From: Verrucomicrobiia bacterium | GTDB taxonomy: Bacteria; Verrucomicrobiota; Verrucomicrobiia; Limisphaerales; UBA1319 | Length of the DNA: 64,000 bases | Assembly: GCA_963664225.1 (NCBI GenBank) | Contig: OY760937.1 | Location: 3,872,001-3,936,000, forward strand | Reading direction: 5' to 3' | In this document: piece after piece, positions 26,776 through 35,974 of the stretch | How positions within the stretch are numbered: position 1 is the first letter of the stretch | Layout of the letters: every line of letters begins with the position of its first letter | Notes under the pieces: model-generated | What the model was told of the DNA's origin: nothing | The model's input: only the letters and a program-made list of their open reading frames with translations | Databases searched by the model: none | Translations under genes and position numbers: made by a program

Positions 26776-28896
26776 ATGACACGAAACTTACTTAATAATG
26801 CAGGGTTTTGGAATACGAAAAGGACACCCTCACCCCGTACCCTCTCCCTCTGGCGAGGGAGAGGGAGAAGAGTTGCGGGGACGGTGCGCTGGAGAAATGC
26901 AGATGCGCAGGGCGAACGAATGGTTGCTTTTGGGAAGCGAACGGGACAATTTGTGACGCCCCTACAGGGCTTTCTTTATTGGAGTGAACGTTACCTGGGC
27001 CTCCGCTCGCGGACTCGCTCCAGCCCAGGCTGTAATATTACGGCCCTTCGGGCCTGGGACTCGCATCCATCGTTGCTGGACAATACCATGTTCAGCCCGG
27101 ACCATAACATTAAGACCGTTCGGGCCAATACGGGTTTCGGGCGAGAGAGTGGGATCGCGGGGACGGCGTGCAGAGGACTGCCCGCCCTACCACGAACTCT
27201 CCCGGGTCATGCCCATTCAAGTTTGGAGCGAGAGAGTGGGATCGCGGGGACGGCGCGCGGGGGGGAATGTGGACGCGGGGCGCGGACGGATGATTTCATT
27301 TGCGAAGCGATAGGGAATACGAAAAGGTCACCCTCACCCCGTACCCTCTCCCTCTGGCGAGGGAGAGGGAGAAGAGTCGCGGGGACGGTGCATTCAACTG
27401 AGCGTGTCCGTATTGCCATTCCGCAAGCCGATGGCTGGAATATTAAAGGAAACCCCTCTCTCCGGCTCTCTCCCCGCTCGTGCCTCGCAGGGCGAGAGGG
27501 AAGAATTGCGGGGACGTTGCGCTTGGGAAATGCGGATGCGCAGGGCGGACGAATTGTTGCTTTTGGGAAGCGAACGGGACAATTTGTGACGCCCCTGCAG
27601 GGCTTTTTTTATTGGAGCGAACGTTACCTGGGCCTCCGCTCGCGGACTCGCTCCAGCCCAGGCTGTAATATTACGGCTCTTCGGGCCTGCGACTCGCATC
27701 CATCGTTGCTGGACAATACCATGTTCAGCCCGGACCATAACATTAAGACCGTTCGGGCCAATACGGGTTTGGGGCGAGAGAGTGGGATCGCGGGGACGGC
27801 GTGCAGAGGACTGCCCGCCCTACCACGAACTCTCCCGGGTCATGCCCATTCAAGTTTGGAGCGAGAGAGTGGGATCGCGGGGACGGCGTGCGGGGGGGAA
27901 TGTGGACGCGGGGCGCGGACGGATGATTTCATTTGGGAAGCGATAGGGAATACGAAAAGGACTCCCTCACCCCGTACCCTCTCCCTCTGGCGAGGGAGAG
28001 GGAGAAGAGTTGCGGGGACGGTGCATTCAACTGAGCGTGTCCGTATTGCCATTCCGCAAACCGATGGCTGGAATATTAAAGGAAACCCCTCTCTCCAGCT
28101 CGCTCCCCGCTCGTGCCTCGCAGGGCGAGAGGGAAGAATTGCGGGGGCGGCGCGTTTGGGAAATGCGGATGCGCAGGGCGGACGAATGGTTGCTTTTGGG
28201 AAGCGAACGGGACAATTTGTGACGCCCCTACAGGGCTTTTTTTATTGGAGCGAACGTTACCTGGGCCTCCGCTCGCGGACTCGCTCCAGCCCAGGCTGTA
28301 ATATTACGGCCCTTCGGGCCTGGGACTCGCATCCATCGTTGCTGGACAATACCATGTTCAGCCCGGACCATAACATTAAGACCGTTCGGGCCAATACGGG
28401 TTTCGGGCGAGAGAGTGGGATCGCGGGGGCGGCGTGCAGAGGACTGCCCGCCCTACCACGAACTCTCCCTGGTCATGCTCATTCAAGTTTGGAGCGAGAG
28501 AGTGGGATCGCGGGGGCGGCGTGCAGAGGACTGCCCGCCCTACCACGAACTCTTCCGGGTCATGCCCATTCAGGTTTGGGGCGAGAGAGTGGGATCGCGG
28601 GGACGGCGTGCAGAGGACTGCCCGCCCTACCACGAACTCTCCCTGGTCATGCCCATTCAAGTTTGGAGCAAGAGAGTGGGATTGCGGGGACGGCGTGCAG
28701 AGGACTGCCCGCCCTACCACGAACTCTCCCTGGTCATGCCCATTCAAGTTTGGAGCGAGAGAGAGAAGAGAAGGACGCCGCGATCATTCATTTGCTTGAG
28801 GCTATTTGTTCCTTATACTTACCATATTGTTGTAAAGGAATGAATCGATTGCCGATGATTTTTGTCATGCGTCTCAACCCGATAATTGGATTGTGA
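26776..28896 (+). CDS. repeat-derived 706-codon open frame spanning the REP-like array; translation unproven
   Basis: starts 4 nt after the nuoG stop and ends in a GTGA overlap with the nuoH start; content is the translated repeats, with no recognisable domain. Confidence 0.3.
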   Translation: MTRNLLNNAGFWNTKRTPSPRTLSLWRGRGRRVAGTVRWRNADAQGERMVAFGKRTGQFVTPLQGFLYWSERYLGLRSRTRSSPGCNITALRAWDSHPSLLDNTMFSPDHNIKTVRANTGFGRESGIAGTACRGLPALPRTLPGHAHSSLERESGIAGTARGGECGRGARTDDFICEAIGNTKRSPSPRTLSLWRGRGRRVAGTVHSTERVRIAIPQADGWNIKGNPSLRLSPRSCLAGREGRIAGTLRLGNADAQGGRIVAFGKRTGQFVTPLQGFFYWSERYLGLRSRTRSSPGCNITALRACDSHPSLLDNTMFSPDHNIKTVRANTGLGRESGIAGTACRGLPALPRTLPGHAHSSLERESGIAGTACGGECGRGARTDDFIWEAIGNTKRTPSPRTLSLWRGRGRRVAGTVHSTERVRIAIPQTDGWNIKGNPSLQLAPRSCLAGREGRIAGAARLGNADAQGGRMVAFGKRTGQFVTPLQGFFYWSERYLGLRSRTRSSPGCNITALRAWDSHPSLLDNTMFSPDHNIKTVRANTGFGRESGIAGAACRGLPALPRTLPGHAHSSLERESGIAGAACRGLPALPRTLPGHAHSGLGRESGIAGTACRGLPALPRTLPGHAHSSLEQESGIAGTACRGLPALPRTLPGHAHSSLEREREEKDAAIIHLLEAICSLYLPYCCKGMNRLPMIFVMRLNPIIGL
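26810..28765 (+). repeat. hierarchical tandem array of REP-like palindromic modules
   Basis: super-units start at 26810, 27314 and 27947 (504 and 633 bp apart); four 87-bp tandem units 28408-28755; palindromes CCCTCTCCC...GGGAGAGGG, CCTGGGC...GCCCAGG and GTAG-type (CGGCGTGCAGAGGACTGCCCGCCCTAC). Confidence 0.95.
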
Positions 28897-29912
28897 ACGA
28901 ATTTATCATTTTTAGCGCGGTCAAGGTCGTGGTCGTCATCTCGATGGTGCTCTTTATGGTGTCGTACACCGTGGTGGCGGAGCGGCGGGTGTCGGCCTGG
29001 ATTCAAGACCGGATGGGGCCCAACCGGGTGGGACCGTGGGGTCTGCTCCAACCCGCAGCCGACGCCGTCAAGGCCTTCCTCAAGGAAGACTATGTGCCGG
29101 GTCATGTGCGCAAAGTGTTTTTCTGGCTGGCGCCGGCCATTGTGATGTTGCCCGGGCTGATCACCGTGGCGGTCATTCCGTTTGGATCGAACCTGCGCGG
29201 TGAGCCGATGGTGATTGCGGATTTAAACATCGGCATTCTCTACACGTTCGGCATCGTCTCGCTGGGGGTATATGGGATTGTCCTCGCCGGATACGCCTCG
29301 AACTCGAAATACCCGTTTTTGGGCGGCATCCGGTCCACGGCCCAGCTCATCTCGTATGAAATTGCCATGGGATTGTCGGTCATTCCGCTTTTCATGATTG
29401 TGGGCAGTCTCAATCTGAGCCAGGTGGTGGGTTATCAGGCGGGCGGTTTCACCAATTGGCTGGTCTGCAAGGCCCCGTTGTCGTTCATCATCTTTCTGGT
29501 GGCGGCATTTGCGGAAACCAACCGTCTGCCCTTCGATTTTCCAGAGGCGGAGAACGAATTGGTGGCGGGCTACAACACCGAGTTTGGCTCGATGAAATTC
29601 GCGATGTTTTTCATGGGCGAATACGCGAACATGATCGCCGTCTCAGCCATGATGGTGACGCTGTTCTTTGGGGGATGGACGCTCCCGTTGTTCGGGCTGG
29701 ACCAGCCTGCAACCTCGCTGTTTGTGGGTTTGCTGCATATCGCGATCTTCCTCACCAAGCTGGGCGCGTTCCTGGTTCTGATCATCTGGGTGCGGTGGAT
29801 GTGGCCGCGGTTCCGGTTCGATCAACTCATGGACCTGGGCTGGCGGCGGTTTATACCACTGGCGCTGGCGAACCTTCTTATAACGGCGGTGGTTCTGTGG
29901 GCCATTCATTAA
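28893..29912 (+). CDS. nuoH: NADH-quinone oxidoreductase subunit H
   Basis: 'ERRVSAWIQDRMGPNRVGPWGLLQ', 'AETNRLPFD', 'PRFRFDQLM'; GTG start. Confidence 0.97.
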   Translation: MNEFIIFSAVKVVVVISMVLFMVSYTVVAERRVSAWIQDRMGPNRVGPWGLLQPAADAVKAFLKEDYVPGHVRKVFFWLAPAIVMLPGLITVAVIPFGSNLRGEPMVIADLNIGILYTFGIVSLGVYGIVLAGYASNSKYPFLGGIRSTAQLISYEIAMGLSVIPLFMIVGSLNLSQVVGYQAGGFTNWLVCKAPLSFIIFLVAAFAETNRLPFDFPEAENELVAGYNTEFGSMKFAMFFMGEYANMIAVSAMMVTLFFGGWTLPLFGLDQPATSLFVGLLHIAIFLTKLGAFLVLIIWVRWMWPRFRFDQLMDLGWRRFIPLALANLLITAVVLWAIH

Positions 29913-29954
29913 CAAAAGCGTGATGACTAACCATCCAATGATGCGAACGAGGAC

Positions 29955-30105
29955 CAGGAGAGGGAGAAGAATCGCGGGGACGGCGCGCGGTGGGCGGACG
30001 CATGATTTCATTTTGGAAGCGAGCGGGAATATGAAAAGGACTCCCTCACCCCGTACCCTCTCCCTCTGGCGAGGGAGAGGGAGAAGGGTCGCGCGGACGG
30101 CGTTC
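29955..30105 (+). repeat. second copy of the REP-like module, between nuoH and nuoI
   Basis: near-identical to ~27240-27390 (GAAAAGGACTCCCTCACCCCGTACCCTCTCCCTCTGGCGAGGGAGAGGGAGAAG); lies within ORF 29920-30213. Confidence 0.9.
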
Positions 30106-30209
30106 GTGGGGGAATGCCCGCGCTGCCACGCATTGCCGGGCGGTCGGCATTCTCTCATTCGATCGAGTACGTCTGCTATTCCTGCATTCTTTCGCAGCTC
30201 ATTCATGCC

Positions 30210-30710
<501 letters not shown>

Positions 30711-30716
30711 TCACCC

Positions 30717-31229
30717 ATGCAGGACTTATCCCCACTTCTATTTTATTTGTTCGCAGGACTGACGCTCCTGTGCGGCCTGCTGGTCGTGGCCAATCCCAGC
30801 CGCAATCCGGTCAACAGCGCCATGTTCCTGGTGCTGACCATTGTTTCGATGGCGGGTCTGTTTGTATTGCTGCACGCGTTCTTCCTGGCCGCGATCCAGG
30901 TTCTGGTTTATGCGGGCGCGGTGGTGGTGCTCTTTCTATTCGTGATCATGTTTTTAAACCTCAAGGAGGAGGAGCGCCGACCGATACGCTGGATGGCGAT
31001 CGGCACGGGCGTGCTGGTGGCCGGGTCGGTGGCCTGCCTGATCTTGTGCGTGGTGTCCGGTGTGACCGCGCATCCGCTGGCGGGAGCAGCGCCGGTGGAG
31101 GGTGAGACCATTCCGCTGGGCCGGGTGCTCTACACGCAATTTCTGCTGCCCTTTGAAATCACCTCGGTGCTGTTGCTCGTGGCGGTGATCGGCGTGGTGC
31201 TGTTGAGCAAAAAGGAGATAAAAGCATGA
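30717..31229 (+). CDS. nuoJ: NADH-quinone oxidoreductase subunit J
   Basis: '[18 protein letters not shown]', '[13 protein letters not shown]'. Confidence 0.96.
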   Translation: MQDLSPLLFYLFAGLTLLCGLLVVANPSRNPVNSAMFLVLTIVSMAGLFVLLHAFFLAAIQVLVYAGAVVVLFLFVIMFLNLKEEERRPIRWMAIGTGVLVAGSVACLILCVVSGVTAHPLAGAAPVEGETIPLGRVLYTQFLLPFEITSVLLLVAVIGVVLLSKKEIKA

Positions 31230-31528
31230 TCGGTCTCAACCATTACCTGATTGTCAGCGCGCTGCTGTTTTGCCTGGGCCTCTTCGGGGTGCTGGTGCGC
31301 CGCAATCTGCTGACCATTTACATGTCGCTCGAATTGATGCTCAACGCCGCGAATCTGGCGGTGGTTGCCTTTTCCCACTTCAACCGGAACCTCGATTCGC
31401 AGGTGCTGGTGTTCTTCATCATCACGGTGGCGGCGGCGGAGGTGGCGGTGGGCCTGGCGCTGATCGTCGCGTTGTTCCGTCAGCGTCAAACCGCCGAAGT
31501 GGAGGATCTGACCTCAATGAGGCTCTAG
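31226..31528 (+). CDS. nuoK: NADH-quinone oxidoreductase subunit K
   Basis: 'RRN', 'ELMLNAANL', '[11 protein letters not shown]'. Confidence 0.97.
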   Translation: MIGLNHYLIVSALLFCLGLFGVLVRRNLLTIYMSLELMLNAANLAVVAFSHFNRNLDSQVLVFFIITVAAAEVAVGLALIVALFRQRQTAEVEDLTSMRL

Positions 31529-31530
31529 CC

Positions 31531-33444
31531 ATGATTGAAAATTTTCCCTGGATCATATTATTTCTGCCACTGCTCGCCACGGGCATCATCACGCTGATGA
31601 CGCATCAGAGGCGGGAGTTGAGCGCGCGCATCTCCATTGCCGCCGTGGTGGTGGGATTCTGGTTGAGCTGCATCCAACTGCTCGATCCGCAGGCATTCTT
31701 GAAACCGCTCGAGCTGACCCAGACGTGGCTTTCCGTGGGGAACTTGAATGTCGATTTCGGCCTGCGGCTGGATCGTCTGAGCCTGCTGATGCTGGTGGTG
31801 GTCACCGGCGTGGGCGGGGCGATTCATATTTATTCCTACGAATACATGCGGGAGGATCGCTCGGTTTCGCGCTATTTCGCCTGCCTGAGCCTGTTCACGT
31901 TTTCGATGCTCGGCCTGGTGCTGGCGAACAATTTCCTGATGATGTTTATTTTTTGGGAACTGGTCGGCACCTCGAGCTACCTGCTGATCGGTTTCTGGTA
32001 TGAAAAACCGTCTGCCGCCGATGCCGGCAAAAAAGCGTTTCTGGTGAACCGGCTGGGGGACACGGGATTTCTGCTGGGCATCCTGCTGCTCTGGGGCACG
32101 CTGGGATCGCTGAATTTTGACGCGCTTGAGCAAACGCTGAAGGCGAATCCCGCCGCGCTGGGCATGATGGCTTCACTGGGGGGAGTGTTGATTTTCTGCG
32201 GCGCGGTGGGTAAATCCGCGCAGTTCCCGCTGCACGTCTGGCTGCCGGACGCGATGGAAGGCCCCACGCCGGTGAGCGCCTTGATCCATGCGGCAACGAT
32301 GGTGGCTGCGGGTGTTTACATGCTCTGCCGCGCGTTCTTTTTGTTCACGGCGACACCGCAATGGCCGGAGTGCCTGAGCATTCTCAACGGCATCACCGCG
32401 CTGGACATCATTGCCTGGACGGGCGGGATCACGGCGCTCATTGCGGCGCTCATGGCCGTGCAACAGGACGACATCAAACGCATCCTGGCCTATTCCACAC
32501 TTTCGCAGCTCGGTTACATGGTGATGGCTGTGGGCCTGAGCGGTCCGCAACCGGCCATGTTCCACCTGACCACGCACGCGGGTTTCAAGGCCCTGCTGTT
32601 CCTCGGCGCGGGTTCGGTGATTTACGCGCTGCATCACGAGCAGGACATCTGGAAAATGGGTGGCTTGAAAACCAAAATGGTCTGGACCTTCTGGATGTTT
32701 CTCTTTGCGACGCTGGCGCTGGCCGGGGTGCCGCCATTCAGCGGGTTCTACAGCAAAGACGCCATTCTCGCGCAGGCATGGTCCACGGATCATCGGCTGC
32801 TGTTTCTGGTGGCGGTGTTCGTGGCGGCGTTGACGGCGTTTTACATGTTCCGACTGGTCTATGTGGTGTTCCTGGGCGCGGCGCGCACACCTGCGGCCGG
32901 TCATGCCAAGGAATCGCCATCCATCATGACGCAACCGATGATGTTCCTGACGGTGCCGACACTGCTGGCGGGCCTGTGGGGATTGGACCAATTTCTGGGA
33001 ATGCAATTCGAGCCTGCGGCGGCTGGGCATCACCTGCCGTGGTATCAGTCGCTTTTCGCGCCTTTCGAACATGCGCCGGTGGCTGCCTTTGCCGGAGTGG
33101 CTGCGTGCGCCGTGGGATGGCTCGGGGCCTGGGGCCTGTATAGTGGTGCGAAGAAAGATCCGCTGCCCGCGATGCTGGGCGGATTCTCCAAGGCGATGCG
33201 CGACCGCTTTTATTTCGACGAGATTTACGAGAGGACTTTCATCCGCGCACAGGACAAAGTGGCGAAAATCGTGGCGGGGTTTGACCGCTACATCGTCTCC
33301 GGGCTGTGCATCAAAGGACTTCACGGCGGGCTCGAATTGAGCGGACGCTTCCTGAGGCTGTTCCAGACGGGGAATCTGCAGACCTACGCTTTTCTGATGG
33401 CGGTGGGGGTGGTTGTGTTGCTGTATTTCGCGGTGGTGAGGTAG
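31531..33444 (+). CDS. nuoL: NADH-quinone oxidoreductase subunit L
   Basis: 'WELVG..SYLLIGFW', 'GKSAQFPLHVWLPDAMEGPTPVSALIHAATMV', 'KRILAYSTLSQLG'. Confidence 0.97.
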   Translation: MIENFPWIILFLPLLATGIITLMTHQRRELSARISIAAVVVGFWLSCIQLLDPQAFLKPLELTQTWLSVGNLNVDFGLRLDRLSLLMLVVVTGVGGAIHIYSYEYMREDRSVSRYFACLSLFTFSMLGLVLANNFLMMFIFWELVGTSSYLLIGFWYEKPSAADAGKKAFLVNRLGDTGFLLGILLLWGTLGSLNFDALEQTLKANPAALGMMASLGGVLIFCGAVGKSAQFPLHVWLPDAMEGPTPVSALIHAATMVAAGVYMLCRAFFLFTATPQWPECLSILNGITALDIIAWTGGITALIAALMAVQQDDIKRILAYSTLSQLGYMVMAVGLSGPQPAMFHLTTHAGFKALLFLGAGSVIYALHHEQDIWKMGGLKTKMVWTFWMFLFATLALAGVPPFSGFYSKDAILAQAWSTDHRLLFLVAVFVAALTAFYMFRLVYVVFLGAARTPAAGHAKESPSIMTQPMMFLTVPTLLAGLWGLDQFLGMQFEPAAAGHHLPWYQSLFAPFEHAPVAAFAGVAACAVGWLGAWGLYSGAKKDPLPAMLGGFSKAMRDRFYFDEIYERTFIRAQDKVAKIVAGFDRYIVSGLCIKGLHGGLELSGRFLRLFQTGNLQTYAFLMAVGVVVLLYFAVVR

Positions 33445-33462
33445 GATCAAAAACCGGGGAAA

Positions 33463-33548
33463 TTGACCACAGAAGCACAGAGACACGGAGGGAAGACAAG
33501 AGGGCCGGAAGGGGGGTTGGACAGGATAAGAAGGATGGACAGGATGGG
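33463..33548 (+). repeat. short 9-nt-period repeats (CACAGA- and CAGGAT-type)
   Basis: ACCACAGAAGCACAGAGACACGGAG and GGACAGGATAAGAAGGATGGACAGGAT. Confidence 0.7.
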
Positions 33549-33722
33549 AAAGCCATAGGCCGTGGTGGAGATTTAGCGGCGAAATATGGGAGATAAAGGT
33601 CAAGCTTCGGCTCCAAATGGGGCACCCCAATACCGTTTGGAACTGGTCACAAATTGTGACTAGTGCGGCGTAACATCCTCTTTTTCTGGTGATTGCTGGA
33701 TTACTTTGGCGGTGGTTGAGGG

Positions 33723-34616
33723 ATGAATATGTTGGGGCTTTTATACGCATTGATCACGGTGCTGGCCTGGGGCATCTGGCTGGCGCCATCGCAAAATGTT
33801 CCGCTGCGCAATCAGCAGATCAAAATGTTTTACGTGGCGTCCACAAATCTGCTGATCGCGATGGTGATCAGCCTGGCGCAGGGGTGGGGGCAGTTGACCT
33901 TGAATGTGATGTGGCTGCCTTTTTTGGGCGGGTTGATCTGGTCGGCCAGCGGTTTGTGCGCGTTTACCGCGACGAGCAAATTGGGCATGGCCAGGGCGTT
34001 TGGCATCTGGGCTCCGTTGAACATCATTGTGAGCCTGATTTGCGGACGGCTGTTGTTTCAGGAATTCGCGCATGCGAGCGGGAAAGTCATTGCGGTATTA
34101 TTGACGGCGGTGAGGGTGATCATCGCCGGGGTGTTGTTGATTATTGCGGCACAAGGCAGCGGCGGCGCGGCGCGGGATCACCAGTCGATGTTGAAGGGCT
34201 ACGCCGGGGCCGTGGGGGCGGGTTTTCTGTGGGGCATCTATTTCATTCCCATCAAAATGTCCGGGCTGTCTCTGTGGCTTGTGGCGCTGCCAATGGCGAT
34301 GGGCATGTTTGCGGGCAGCGCGGCGCTGGTGCTGGCGGGCAGGCAATCGGCGCGTCTGGATAAAGCCGGTGATTACGGGCGGGTTTGCACCACGGGGGCG
34401 CTTTGGGCCACGGGCAATTATGGCATGTTGCTGCTGGTCGATGCGATGGGCGCAGGGAAGGGTTATACCATTTCCCAACTCTCCGTGGTGGTGAACGCGA
34501 TCATCGGAATCTATTTGCTGAAGGACCCGCGTCCGGGAACGAGGGCGGCGCGGATGACGCTGGCGGGATGCGTGCTCGCAACGGTCGGCGGGATACTCAT
34601 GGGACTGATCAAATAG
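33723..34616 (+). CDS. GRP/DMT family sugar transporter (GlcU/RbsU-like)
   Basis: about 10 TM segments; 'GLIWS', 'LGMARA', 'GYTISQLSVVV'. Confidence 0.75.
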   Translation: MNMLGLLYALITVLAWGIWLAPSQNVPLRNQQIKMFYVASTNLLIAMVISLAQGWGQLTLNVMWLPFLGGLIWSASGLCAFTATSKLGMARAFGIWAPLNIIVSLICGRLLFQEFAHASGKVIAVLLTAVRVIIAGVLLIIAAQGSGGAARDHQSMLKGYAGAVGAGFLWGIYFIPIKMSGLSLWLVALPMAMGMFAGSAALVLAGRQSARLDKAGDYGRVCTTGALWATGNYGMLLLVDAMGAGKGYTISQLSVVVNAIIGIYLLKDPRPGTRAARMTLAGCVLATVGGILMGLIK

Positions 34617-34648
34617 CCCGGATCGAGGTTTTTATCTATTACGAAACG

Positions 34649-35794
34649 CTATTTCTCTGGAACCAGGAACTTCAGGCAGACAGGGGCGCCGATGCCCACC
34701 TTATAGCCGGTGTCGGTGAGGTTGCCGGTGGCTTCGTCGATACGAAAGACGATGATGGTGTCGGTGGTCTGGTTGGCCACGAGCAGGAACTGACCGGAGG
34801 GGTCGATGGTGAAATTACGCGGATTTTTGCCCATGATGAATGGATAATCGACCGGCTTGAGCAGGCCTTTGCTTTCAACGGAATAAATGGCGATGCTGTC
34901 GTGCCCGCGATTGGAGCCATAGACGAATTTACCGCCGGGATGGACCTCGATTTCCGCCGGGAAATTCTGGTTGGTCCAACTGAAGGGCAGGGTGGAAATG
35001 GTCTGGAGGGCCTGCAGGGAGCCTTTCGAATTGTCATGGGCAAAGGCGGTGATCGTGGAATCCAACTCATTGATGACATAGGCGAAGTGGCCCTTGCGGT
35101 CGAAGGCCATGTGGCGGGGACCCGCGCCCGGGCGTTGGGTGGCGTTCAATAATGGATTGGCCTTGAGGATGCCGGTGGCGGGGTTGAAGTCGTACACCAG
35201 AATTTTATCCAATCCCAGGTCTGCGACATAAACGCGGCGATTCGAGGCGTCGAGAAGGATGCAGTGAGCGTGAGGGGCGTCCTGGCGTTCGGCGTTCACG
35301 CTCGCGCCCTTATGCTGGATGAAGGAGACGGCTGCGCCCAAGCGTCCATCGGCCTGAATCGGGAGCGAGGCGATGCTGCCGCCGCCGTAATTGGCGACCA
35401 ATACAAATTTGCCCGTGGCATCGACGACGAGGTGGCAGGGGCCCGTGCCGCCGGAGGATTGCTGGTTGAGCGGGGTCAAACGGCCGGAGGCGTCGATTGC
35501 AAAGGCGCTGACCGATCCAGCCTGTTTGCCCTCGAAGTCGGAAATCTCGTTTGCGGCGTAGAGAAAGCGTTTGTTGGGATGAATCGCCAGGAAGGTGGGA
35601 TTCGGAGTTTCCGCAGCAAGGCCGTCCACGGAAAGCTGGCCGGTGGTTGGATCAAACCGGCAGGTGTAAATACCCCGGCTTTTCGGGCCGGTATAGGTTC
35701 CCACGAAAAGCTGGAGATCCGCTTTGGGCGCGGCGCTGGCGGCCGTCAAGGCGGCCAGAAAGAGAACAAACAGGGAACCGACCGCAATTTTCAT
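34649..35794 (-). CDS. pgl: lactonase family beta-propeller (6-phosphogluconolactonase-like), secreted
   Basis: signal peptide; 'VGTYT', 'NPTFLA', 'ANYGGG', 'PHAH', 'DLGLD', 'GPRH', 'SNRGHDSI', 'PRNF'. Confidence 0.88.
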   Translation of the reverse strand: MKIAVGSLFVLFLAALTAASAAPKADLQLFVGTYTGPKSRGIYTCRFDPTTGQLSVDGLAAETPNPTFLAIHPNKRFLYAANEISDFEGKQAGSVSAFAIDASGRLTPLNQQSSGGTGPCHLVVDATGKFVLVANYGGGSIASLPIQADGRLGAAVSFIQHKGASVNAERQDAPHAHCILLDASNRRVYVADLGLDKILVYDFNPATGILKANPLLNATQRPGAGPRHMAFDRKGHFAYVINELDSTITAFAHDNSKGSLQALQTISTLPFSWTNQNFPAEIEVHPGGKFVYGSNRGHDSIAIYSVESKGLLKPVDYPFIMGKNPRNFTIDPSGQFLLVANQTTDTIIVFRIDEATGNLTDTGYKVGIGAPVCLKFLVPEK

Positions 35795-35974
35795 GGTTTT
35801 CCACAGGCGCATGGCGGCATCCAAGCACAAAGAGCCGTCCGGCATCAAGCGCAATGGTCTTGGAGCCTGTTTTAAAACCGCAGGTGGCGCTGCAGCGTCC
35901 TCCCCTCTTTAGGGGATGGTGCGGAGATTGGAACTCAAATAAGGTGGCTGTAATTAGCAAATTCCTGAAAATAT

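Noticed and set aside
26810..28765. CRISPR array interpretation of the repeat region
   Set aside because: The intervening segments are themselves repeated, give 87-282 nt periods and are palindromic. There are no unique 30-40 nt spacers and no cas genes.
31270..31530. Upstream extensions of nuoL (also purF from 55861, nuoI from 30114, UroD-like from 44748)
   Set aside because: They overlap neighbouring genes or repeats. Homology starts at the downstream ATGs used.
35863..35879. IS/MITE end GAGCCTGTTTTAAAACC, similar to TTAAAACAGGC at ~15535
   Set aside because: The match is only about 11 nt and 20 kb apart, with no transposase or target duplication.
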